64,000 nucleotides of DNA from Podarcis liolepis (Eukaryota), in the NCBI GenBank assembly GCA_965112155.1, contig OZ218102.1; one strand, given 5' to 3'. Position 1 is the stretch's first letter. Each line of letters opens with the position of its first letter. Below the pieces are notes generated by a model. It worked only from the letters and a program-made list of their open reading frames with translations, was not told where the DNA came from and searched no databases. Positions 14,169 through 25,059 of this stretch are shown piece after piece. Both the position numbers and the translations under genes were made by a program.

Positions 14169-15018
14169 TCAGCAGTCTAGGGGCCCAAAGCCTTAAAACA
14201 GAAGAATAGCCAAGTGTATATTATTTTAAGAGCATCTCTTAAAATATTATTTTAGAGCATCTCAACCATATAGAATAAAAAAGAAAAGATGAGCCTTATT
14301 TCAGACCAACTATCTCATTGTTTATATCTTTGCTTATAGCTTCCCTTTCATACTCTACCTTTTCTATTATTATTTTCTGGTCCTGAGCTAGTTGGTTGAG
14401 CATAAGCATGGGGTTCTGTTATCAGAAGGACGCCTGGAAGGAAATAGCATGATGGCATCCTAAATTGCCAAGCTCTAGGCTGAGGAGTTCTTCCATCTCT
14501 TCAGACTCACCTGGCCAGATTAGTTTTGTAGCTGTGTATTTCTGAACAGGCTCTGTGTACATCCTTTCTTCAGGGATGTGTCCATCACTGCTGGGCCCCT
14601 TTCTCCCTCCCTAAAGAGTTGTTTTCCTTTGAGCCCCAATTAAGCTCAGACTCATACCAAAACAAACAAGTTACAGGTCTTTGAGGTGCATGCCAGGCTC
14701 AGACTGCCTGGTGCCTTGGCCAGTCCGGCCTCAGGGGGTGATAAAAGAGTTTGAGAAGCTCCTGACAAAGGAAGCTGGAGCTGCAAGCATATCACAAAGT
14801 TTCTCTTGACAATTAATCACAAGGGAACACGAAGCATCAATTCACTGAGAGAGGCAGGACTTTTTCCAAGCGGATTTCCTTTTGGTCATGAAAATGTCCT
14901 TAACTTCTTCCATCCTATATGCAATTTCTCAGAAAATTGGTGGGGTGGGCGTTGGAGAAATTTTGCACCAGCTCTGTCAAATTCCAGCTTTTCAAGGCAA
15001 CTGGCATAATCACATAGA

Positions 15019-15021
<3 letters not shown>

Positions 15022-15068
<47 letters not shown>
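15022..15068. repeat. (TG)n microsatellite
   Basis: Directly visible. Confidence 0.97.
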
Positions 15069-15070
<2 letters not shown>

Positions 15071-15803
15071 CAACAACTTGGGATAGTGGAAAGGCTGAAC
15101 AAATGAGAACCACAAGGGACTTCATCCTCACTCTGAAGTATCAAAAATGGTTGATCGTTAGCCATGACAAATGGAACACAGTACACAAACACACAAAATA
15201 TCATATTTCAGTGGATAGACTTAGGTTTGTGGAGAACTTCTGCTGGCATTTGTAGCCCTTTGGGTCAATATATTATCTGAATATGAACTGTAAAAAAAGT
15301 TAATTAATCTGCTATTTATTTGTTGGTGTGTGTGATTCCTTGTGTCTCTAAAATCACTTTAGAGAACTAAATAGAACAGAACCACATTGAACACTTTGCA
15401 ATCTAAAAGGCAAGATTCTAGGAAGACCTCCTTTAAGATTACAAGTTTGCACGTTCTCCTATTATTTCAGATTGTCTATGCTGGTTTATGCAGATCCAAA
15501 GGGGCAAGATGATCCAAAGGGAGGGAAATGTTGTGGTACAGGTGATACAGCTTCCATTGGAAGCAGGATGCCATGAAGGGGAAGAAGTGACCAGAAGGGA
15601 AAGACTTACACACTTGATACTACATCTGTTCATGCAGTATTCATATACATTCTGTAGCTGCATGGTGGAATCCCACCAAAGATAAATACCTCTTCCGTCA
15701 CATGGAAGTGTGAATGGATCCTTTCTCATGCTAAAATGTGGTGGTAAAATGTAGCTGAATGCTGGGAGTAAACATATATGATATACCTGTTTATGAAAGC
15801 AGC

Positions 15804-15934
15804 TACAGATAGGTAGCCGTGTTGGTCTGCCATAGTCAAAATAAAAAAATTCCTTCCAGTAGCACCTTAAAGACCAACTAAGTTAGTTCTTGGTATGAGC
15901 TTTCGTGTGCATGCACACTTCTTCAGATACACTC
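15804..15934 (-). mobile_element. Short Penelope-like (PLE) non-autonomous insertion, copy A, with hammerhead motif
   Basis: Near-identical to 16290-16480 and 33298-33423. Flanked by 8-bp direct repeat AAAGCAGC (15796-15803 / 15935-15942). Carries a CTGAAGA...GAAAGCTC core on the minus strand. Confidence 0.75.
15893..15930 (-). ncRNA. Minimal type-I hammerhead ribozyme motif
   Basis: Minus strand reads GUAU-CUGAAGA-A-GUGUGCAUGCACAC-GAA-AGCU-C-AUAC: stem I GUAU/AUAC, conserved core, palindromic stem II, loopless palindromic stem III. Confidence 0.75.
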
Positions 15935-16289
15935 AAAGCAGCAATATTTATACAGGGTAGGTACTCTCTGCAGAGGGCAATAGAGAAACAGCCCCTTTGA
16001 CAAGATGCCACCTAGTCTCACATACCGACTTGAATAAAGAGTAATATCCTACTGCAAGAGGGACGCGAGTGGCGCTGTGGGTTAAACCACAGAGCCTAGG
16101 ACTTGCCGATCAAAAGGTCGGTGGTTCGAATCCCTGCAATGGGGTGAGCTCCTGTTGCTTAGTCCCTGCTCCTGCCAACCTAGCAGTTCGAAAGCACGTC
16201 AAAGTGCAAGTAGATAAATAGGTACCGCTCCAGCGGGAAGGTAAACAGTGTTTCATGTGCTGCTCTGGTTTCACTAGAAGTGGCTTAGT

Positions 16290-16480
16290 AGTAGATAGGT
16301 AGCCGTGTTGGTCTGCCATAGTCAAAATAATTCCTTCCAGTAGCACCTTAAAGACCAACTAAGTTAGTTCTTGGTATGAGCTTTCGTGTGTATCTGAAGA
16401 AGTGTGCATGTACACGAAAGCTCATACCAAGAACTAACTTAGTTGGTCTTTAAGGTGCTACTGGAAGGAATTTTTTTATT
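16290..16480. mobile_element. Penelope-like insertion, copy B (inverted arms), nested in a Sauria SINE
   Basis: 15-bp TSD TAGAAGTGGCTTAGT (16275-16289 / 16481-16495). Perfect 61-bp inverted repeat 16329-16389 / 16412-16472. Confidence 0.8.
16390..16427 (+). ncRNA. Minimal type-I hammerhead ribozyme motif
   Basis: GUAU-CUGAAGA-A-GUGUGCAUGUACAC-GAA-AGCU-C-AUAC; predicted cleavage 3' of C16423. Confidence 0.72.
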
Positions 16481-19400
16481 TAGAAGTGGCTTAGTCATGC
16501 TGGCCACATGACCAAGAAAAACTGCCTGCGAACAAATGCCAGCTCCCTTGGCCAGTAAAGCGAGATGAGTGCCGCAACCCCAGAGTCGTTCGCAACTGGA
16601 CTTAACTGTCAGGGGTCCTTTACCTTTATCTTTTTTTATCCTACTGCAACAGGCTTGAATGATGTTCCACTTCACCATTATAAATCCAGCTGGAAACATT
16701 AGCATAGTAGTCATTATTCATGAAGACTTGATGAAAGAGTCAAGGCACTTGCTATCATAATATATTTTATTGGTCAACCATCTGTGAGGGTGCTAAGACT
16801 TTTAAATGTAATAGAATCTTTCTAAAGCTCCAGCCTTTGTTCTGCCTCTGTGCATTGTTGGCAGAAAATAGCTTACCTAGCTGCATTCAGCCATCAACTC
16901 TAAGAAATGGCAACTTTTTTTCCGAAGGGAAATGGAAAGGGTGGAGGAGTTGAGGGTACTATGGTGACACAGATTGTCAACATGCATCATCAGCTATTGT
17001 TTCCAACAATAACACTGGCCAATCAGTCTGTCACTCAACCATCCAGGGAATATTATTATTATTATTATCATCTCCTTAACTAGAACGTCACCCTCCTTTG
17101 TGCAAGGGCCATCTAAAGTTAGAGAGGACACACATTTCCAGGTTAACAATATTGTTCTCTAGGAAAGTTCTTAGCTCCTGGTTGCCTGAACAAACAATGA
17201 GCAGAGTGTGCGTGTGTTTTCAGAATGCAGGCTACAACCTGACTATTTTAATGTTAGTGTGCTATGTTTAGAAAAAAACATATTATATTAACCCTTCTGT
17301 CCCTTGCCCATTGTAAATCTAAAATTTGAAGGGGAAAAAGAAAAGAGCTATTTGTAGACGTGTTCATTGTTGAATGAGTATAGAACCCAGTAGGGACCAG
17401 CTACAGCAATTTTCTCTAATTTTCTTTGGCTCACTTACTTGTTAGGATATCAAAATAGCATATCCACAAAGGATAGAAAGCTAAAACTCTAAAAACAGAA
17501 CATATTGGAGGTTTAATGGTCGACATACATTACGTATTACTTTTCCTTGGCAGTAATGTCCAGCACTCTAACAGAGAGCAGGCTAAGCCACACATTTGAT
17601 AGAAAGTTGGGTGATGTGAGTTCCCCAGACTCCAATCTGAAAACTGTGTTAAAACTGTAAAGGACGATTTCCAAAATGTTTCTATCCTTGCATGCTATTT
17701 TAATTCACATAATAACTAATCATATTTCTTCCTTTGATACATTATTGCAGGAATACATTATCAAAGCAAGTAAGGAGATGGGTAAATATTAGTCTATATA
17801 CCTTGATTTTTGCAAGGATAGAAAAATATGCATATGATTTGGGGAACGTCACAGAACTAATTTTGAGGCAAAGTTTGGTATGTGAAACCATAGGCAGAAA
17901 CTTGTCTTTCATCACTGATGGCACTTTCTGTTTAGGGCTGGTGAAATTTAAATAAAACATAGGGTGGCATTTGAATAGAATGTATGAAGCCTAAGATTTT
18001 TGCAAGATGTTAATATACACTTTAAACACTATTTTAAAAAGAATATAATAAGGGCAATATTTGTGTTTAGATGCTTCCAAGCTGGGTCAGTGCTGCACCT
18101 GTGTTTTTTGGGAGCAGGAATATACCAACATTTTGCACTGGCACATTAATATTTGCAAGACAGCAAGTATAGAGTTAGTATTGTTCATATTACAAATGAG
18201 AATATTTCAGTACAGAATAAGGAAGTGAAGTTTGTGTTAGTTTTTCACAGATGATTAATACTTCAGTTAAGAGCAGAACTCAGACGCCACCTGTGCAACC
18301 AACCTGCCTTGATCATAGCTCCACCTTTCCTCTAAGGTTAATGTGACTACAGGGTTTTCAGATCAATAGAACCATTAGGCTGCACTGGCTCTGTCTTCTG
18401 CGTAAAGGTATTGCAAGTCTTCTGCTTTAGATCCTTGCCAAATCAAAACACACCAACATGGGATCATTTAACATGTGTCAAGCTTGCTGCAGAAGCTTGT
18501 CCAAAGAGGCTTATTGTACTTTAGTAGTGCTGCTCTGAGAGCATAGTGAAGTTTTTGGGGGGACAGCTGCTTCTTCTTAACAGGCGAAGAGGATCAGGTG
18601 TCGATTAGTTGCTGTGTTTTGAATGTGAAGTGATTTAGGCGGAGGGGAAAATTGTTTCCATTATGGCAAGATGTTGAAATGGACATGGATGAACAGGAGA
18701 CCCTGGGACCAAAGTAAATCAACAGTTGACCTTCCACCTTTGGAGGTCAAAGATCAAACACAAACTATGGCTGATGTGAGTTCAGAAGACTCCAGACGAC
18801 ACCACTCTATACTTGGTGGGGTGCATTTTCTCTGCCCCTGCATATGTAATCTATATGAATGCAAGGAGGACTCTTTGGCCTAGGGGAGTGTGGTCCAGTG
18901 ACTGCTCACTTGGATGGGGCCTTTAATTGGCTATCTGATGGGATTTGTTCTGCTTTCCTCAGCTCCACCAGGAAAAAGTTTGTTCAGTGACTAGCTCTGC
19001 CAAGGGCTGGTTTCCTTTCTTTCCCACAAGGCTGGCAGCATATCTTCATGGCTGGGGACTGGGCATTGTGGACCCTGACTCTGGGCAGACTTCAGGCCTC
19101 ATGTGGGTAACAGGTTCCTTGCTATGTTTTGCTCACAAGTTACATCACTACTTGTCTATTACCTTCATGGGTCTTCTCCTTCTTTCTATTGTCTTTGCCT
19201 CTTGCTGCTTTCAAGCCTTTGTTCTCCTTTTAGCACAGGCTTTCCAACTCCATTCTTTTTACAAAGGTGCAATAACAACCATCTGGTTTGCCCTTGCCTG
19301 TGATTCTTGCTTCTTTCTCTGCAGAACTTCTGCCAGCATAGCTCTGAGTCACCAATCCTACAAAAATTTTGCTCATTGAGCCTAATCTGGTAGGAAGAAG

Positions 19401-19493
19401 ACATTCTGTGTACCCATCCTAATCTAGCTGACATACAATATGTGGGCTGGGCTCCTTTATTGTAAGTGCTGGACTCCTAGTGTGATAGGTTAG

Positions 19494-19803
19494 GTCCAGT
19501 CGCGGATGACTCTGGGGTTGCGGTGCTCATCTCACTTTATTGGCTGAGGGAGCCGGCGTACAGCTTCTGGGTCATGTGGCCAGCATGACTAAGCGAACCA
19601 GAGCAGTGCACAGAAACGCCGTTTACCTTCCCGCCGGAGCGGTACCTATTTATCTACTTACACTTTGACGTGCTTTTGAACTGCTAGGTTGGCAGGAGCT
19701 GGGACTGAGCAACGGGAGCTCACCCCGTTGCGGGGATTTGAACCGCCGACCTTCTGATTGGCAAGCCCTAGGCTCTGTGGTTTAACCCACAGTGCCACCC
19801 GCA
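19494..19803 (-). mobile_element. Sauria SINE
   Basis: Reverse complement of the same family; flanking direct repeat TGATAGGTTAG (19483-19493 / 19804-19814). Confidence 0.88.
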
Positions 19804-21134
19804 TGATAGGTTAGTGATGTGTAAAAATAAAAGGCACCATAGCTTGATGCTTAGTCAAATATACTAGATAATTTAATTTCTCAGGTCACATCCATGCATG
19901 GAACAACATGCTGTCCTTCTGGCACTGGATATTTTTCAAGAGAGTCCAGCAGTTGCATCTCATTGTGTGAGTAAGAATAACACCTACAGAATTTTCTTTC
20001 CCCCGGTTCATCCTTAACACATATAATATGAAAGTCCAATTTTGGGGGTGGAGGAAATGCATTATCAAAGTAGGTGTGGACTAGCCTCTTATTTAAATCT
20101 AGACCATATGATTGGCCACCCTTAGCTACATTTATGATGATACATTGCTAAGATATTGGAAAAGGGCAGGAGAGGAAGGATACAAAGAAATATCATATAA
20201 GAGTAGTCCTCATAATCAAAATAAAAAGGAAGCTACATATGGTCTTTCTTCCCACTTAACCTTTTCATTTGTGGTTTTTTGGAGCTGGAAGACTGCACTG
20301 CACGGTGAACTTCTTAACGTGGACTATCTGAAGTCATGCAAATCTGCCAGTGTTTTAATGGGCAAGCTTCCTTTCCCTCTCTAGGTATTTAACAGCTACC
20401 ATGAAATCTCCAGCCTCCTCTTGCATCCTGCAAAACCTCAGCATCTCATTGAGCTGTTATTAATAGGGAGTTTGTCTTGTGTCAGAACACAGACATAAAA
20501 CACATTAACATTATCACATAATCTTATTTAGTAAACACTTGGTGCTGTTTCGCCTTTGGTAATTGCATTTGCTAGATGCAATATTTATGAAAGGGGAAGC
20601 GGAAATGTCACAGCTCATCTCCATGGAGCTGTAAAAGTCCTGGAACAAAATTGCATTAGGAAGGGTTTTATATGAGCCTGGGAAAGATACCATGGCTGCA
20701 ACTAGATAGCTATATTCTAGTAGAACATCTATCTGAATAACTTTTTGACCACTAGCTTTAATTTTCTGGAGTTTGGAGAATCTACAATACAGGATCCCAA
20801 GTACTACAGCAATAAGTTTTCTTTTCTCTCTCTGATGTTTATGTTTGTTTAATTTATTGTTTATTACTTTGCACAGACCTTAGAATTAGGAAAGGGCACA
20901 ACCTTAGCCAGTGTTGTGTAGTGGTCAGAATGTCAGGCTAGGACTGGGGAGACCCAAGTTCAAATTCCCTGTAGGCAATGGGCTTGGGCCAGTTACTATA
21001 TTTTAGCTACTCTACCTCACAGGGTTCTTGTGATGAGATTGTCTTATCCCTTATACACCCAGTAGATTGCTGTGGTATGTGGGAGTGTTTCTCCTGCAAG
21101 TTCCAAAGATCTCAGAAGCTTGCTCTGCTGTAGT

Positions 21135-21420
21135 TTGAAGCAGGGCTTTTAGTGTGGCTGCCCCTGTTCTGTGGAATACAATTCCTGTTGAGATATGGCA
21201 GTCATCCACTATCTGTACTTTCTGGAAACAACTGAAGACATTTTTGTTCTGACAGGCTTCCCAGCTGGGTTCAGTGGGTCCTTGCCATGAGTGCCTACTT
21301 GGTTAGGGCTTAAAATGTATTCACTCTTTTGTGTTTTTAACTTTTTAATAACCTTACATGCAAATTACCTTGACAGAGTTAAAAGGTAATTCATGATAAT
21401 GATAAACGTAATTATGTTTA
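21135..21420 (+). mobile_element. L2-clade LINE 3' fragment (related relics ~4350-4620 -, 37150-37400 -, 48805-49160 +)
   Basis: RAFSVAAP-LWN-like terminal ORF2 motif followed by a T-rich 3'UTR. Confidence 0.55.
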
Positions 21421-22769
21421 GCTCATTGGAGGTAAGATGGGATTTAAATGTAATAACAAAACCCCTAGGAGGAGAGCCTGGATACTCTTACATTTGATAA
21501 CAATGGCAATTCCTCTTTGTAAAATCAATTCAGTAATAGGTAAGTGGGAAAATACATTTAGCAGATGGAATATATATATATGCACCCATCAACTGGACTC
21601 TGGTGTTTAAATTGTACTTGTGGCCCTCCAACTTCTATCATCCAAAGCCAACATAGCTAATGGTCAGCGATGTTGTAAGTCAACATCTGGAAAACCAGTA
21701 GCTTCCCATCGCTGTTCACCAAGACCTTATACTGAATGCATCATTTCCACAGGCAGTGAGAGTAAGATCTGCAAGCATACCTGTGGTGACTTGGGAAGAC
21801 ACTCCCATTTTTTAAAAAAACCAAACAAAACACCACCACTGAATGTGAACAGAAAGCATTCTTAGAACCTGTTTTGAAAGAGAGCACAGAAAGAGCTGTG
21901 TGAGAACTTACAAAAGGCTACTGTTAGCAAGCTTAGAATTTACTTGTGTTTTCCCAGATCTTAGCCATTGCCATATCTGACCCATTTCTCATGGCCACCT
22001 GGCTAAGAGCTGCCATGGCTGCATAGAATGAGTGGAGATCTGGTTTTGCATGTGTTTGGATGCTCCTCCCAATACCTCTGGTCTCCAGAAGTTAATCTTA
22101 GATTTAGGTTCACCCCTTTAGTGCGCTTTTATTGTTTTGCATGCTAATTAACCTCCATAAAAATTAAAAGATTCACCGGTGAGAATTTATCATCCAGCTG
22201 TAAACTTGCAATAATTAAAACGATAGGCTTTGATTTGCTTGGCAATTAGGAAAAATGCTACCTTGACAGTAGCAGAAGCTCCAACAGCAGCAGCAGCAGT
22301 CTCTCACCAGCGGTGGTGTCGTCGTCCTCGTCCTCTTCCCTACCTGAATGAAATGAGTCTTTCCTTTGATCTCCTGGGTTGCTGTTTGGGGAGCAAAGTT
22401 CTGTTGGCAAAACAAGGGTCGGCTTGATTCGGGCCACAAACAAAGGCGGTCATCTGACTCCCCCGCCGATCCCCACGGGCTGCTGCAAAGACAAACAAAC
22501 AAGACTGTTCATAAGTCATCAGAAAGGCCCGTTGGACAGGGGCGCAGGCGCCTTCTCTTGAAGTCCTCGGCCCTGAAAGGTGTTCCATTTCAAGCCAGCC
22601 GAAAACCCGCAGAGAGCTTGAACAAGATTAACAGGTCTCCGGAGCCGGATTTAAATAAGGTTGCCAACTGCTCCAGTGCCTTGGCATAAGTCAACAGATC
22701 TGCAGGAAGGGAGCTTTTCGCGAGGTGGAGCTGTACAGCATCTCTTCTAGCTAGGGTGGCCAGATCTAC

Positions 22770-22880
22770 GGCGGGATAGCTCATTTGTTAACGAGCATGA
22801 GATTTTAAATTTCTGCATTGCAGAGGGTTTGACTAGATGCCCTTTGGGATCTCTTCCAACTCTATAATTCTGTGATTCTA
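22770..22880 (+). mobile_element. tRNA-Lys/CR1-tail SINE (internally deleted)
   Basis: GGATAGCTCA head; GACTAGATG...TTCCAACTCT...ATTCTGTGATTCTA tail. Confidence 0.6.
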
Positions 22881-23971
22881 CCCAAAGGTGGTTAGAGCTC
22901 CTACACTCTCATAGGTGAAGAGCAGCTGTTAGCAGGAGTCTTTTGCATGGAAGAGCAAGCTAGCCTTATTTCGGAGTCAGATCATTGGTCCACACACCTC
23001 AGTACACCAGCTGACAGCGGTTCTCCGAAATCTTAGACAGGGGACATTTCCAGTACTACCTGGAAGTGACGGGGACCCCCCCCACAGGCTAAGTTGATGC
23101 TCCGCCACTGAGCTACGACCCTTCCCCAAAGGTTCGCCTGCGGAACTCCCTGGTTTTGACACCTATTAAAAGTGCAAGAGCCCTGCTTCATTTTGCACCT
23201 GCCCTCCCGCTTCTAACCACAGCAGAGCAAACCGTTTTAAAAAGCGGGTAGGGATAGGGTGTTGCTTTCAAAGTAGGCAGCTGTGGTACAGTTTGGTAAT
23301 TTAGGCTCCAGGCTCAATGATCTTTCAGCAACAGTCCGAAATCTGCCCCAAAGTCCCGCCTTGTAGAATCACCACTGTCCGGTCAAACCCGAGTTCTAAG
23401 CCAGTCCATTTCCATCCTTTGTTGTTTCTTTTATATTATGATGGAGTGACGCAGTATGCTTCAAAAGGTATTTACGGTAGTTGCAGCTGCTGTGGTGCCC
23501 TGCCACTAGTGATTTTACTGTTTAAAAATGCTAACAGAAATAAGCCGGAGATATTTTCAGTTTGCTCCTGTTACAAGGGAAATTTCCCTTTTCGCTGAGC
23601 TGCTTCCTCTTTTAATGAAAGGTGTGTATAATATTCTAAATATTATGTTACTAGTGCGAGTCATAACGCAAAAGAGAAAATTGTTGTTGTTGAGCTAGTA
23701 AAAGCTACTAAAAGGACTTCCAAGCCTTAAAACTTGGCTCTGTCCTCTTTTCCCCAGTAACCAACTCTGTGGGATAATCAGTCAGACGTCCAATACGCCT
23801 TTTCGCAAGATGGTTTAGCAGTAGTTGTTCCTGGGCTGCTTTGAATGCACACCGGGATCTAAGCAGGTTCCTTTCCCTTCTGTTTTCTGTCTCCCATTAA
23901 GAGCATGTGGCCTTTCCACACATGCCTAAGTTTCCAGGGGCTTAAATCAACATCAAGATATTGGCAACCTC

Positions 23972-24107
23972 CATCGGCGTAGCCGATGGGGGGGGGACAG
24001 TGAGGGGCAGGTCCCCCCACCAATAAAATTCAATAAAAATACATAGGTTCTGCCCCCACCAACAAAAGGCCTCCCCCTCCCCCACAAAAATCCTGGCTAC
24101 GCCCATG
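23972..24107. mobile_element. hAT-like MITE
   Basis: TIR CATCGGCGTAGCC / GGCTACGCCCATG; 8-bp TSD GCAACCTC / GCCACCTC. Confidence 0.75.
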
Positions 24108-24850
24108 GCCACCTCAGCCTATCCCAATTTCCTTCCTTCACAAAGGAAGGCCGGCGCAGCAGCTGTTCAGGAAGAGCCATTCCCTCACCGTCTTGCATCG
24201 TCCTGAAGTTATGCACCAGCGTGCTAATAAAGCTCTTTTACACATTGCTGCGCTGCTTATGTAGGGCTATGCCTGCTTTTTACAGTCGCGTCTTTAATAA
24301 TCAAGTGTGAGTTCTCCAAACAGGTATTTGAAACACCTGAGTTCATAGGAGTCAACTTCTAGGGGCCGAGGGGTCTTCGCCTCCCCCATAAAATATCTGA
24401 AGCTGAGCGTACGTCTTCAATCTTTTCTCCCGGATCCATTAGCCTTAGCCCTTACTTGTGAATTAGTTTACATCACAAAGCAAAATACTTTTTGTTTGTT
24501 TCAGAACTCCTACATACTTATCTAGGACGAAAAAAAAGAGAGTCCCTTCATACCTCGAGAGAATATAAGGATGGTTCTTCTGGATCAGAACAAAGACCCA
24601 ACTAGGTCAGCCTCCTGCTTCTCACAGACAGTGGCCAACCAGGTGCCCATGGGAATCCCACACAAGCAGGGCATTTGTCCCTCTCCATCAGGAAGCTAAA
24701 CTTGCGGGGTTAGCCAAGTCTACTACCTAACAGCTTCCAGAAGAAGAGAGGAGGCGACTGCTGCTGGATGGCAGGGTCTTCTTTAGGAACACCTGAGAAA
24801 ACATGACATGGCAGCTGAACAGGGTCTTGACTGTGTCAATTTCACAATTA

Positions 24851-25059
24851 CAGTGGTACCTCGGGTTACATACGCTTCAGGTTACAGACTCCGCCAACCC
24901 AGAAATAGTACCTCGGGTTAAGAACTTTGCTTCAGGATGAGAACAGAAATCGGGCTCCGGCGGCGCGGCAGCAGCGGGAGGCCCCATTAGCTAAAGTGGT
25001 GCTTCAGGTTAAGAACGGACCTCCGGAACGAATTAAGTACTTAACCCGAGGTACCACTG
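24851..25059 (+). mobile_element. Tc1/mariner (Tigger-like) MITE
   Basis: TIR CAGTGGTACCTCGGGTTA, TA TSD. Confidence 0.9.

Larger units (their letters stand above)
16058..16636 (+). mobile_element. Sauria SINE, full length, interrupted by PLE-like insertion
   Basis: A box TGGCGCTGTGG (~16070), B box GGTTCGAATCCC (16123-16134), TTTACC tail, 13-bp TSD TATCCTACTGCAA (16045-16057 / 16637-16649). Confidence 0.9.

Noticed and set aside
15893-16427. The two hammerheads forming a cis dimeric ribozyme
   Set aside because: They are on opposite strands, so they cannot be in one transcript as a tandem dimer.
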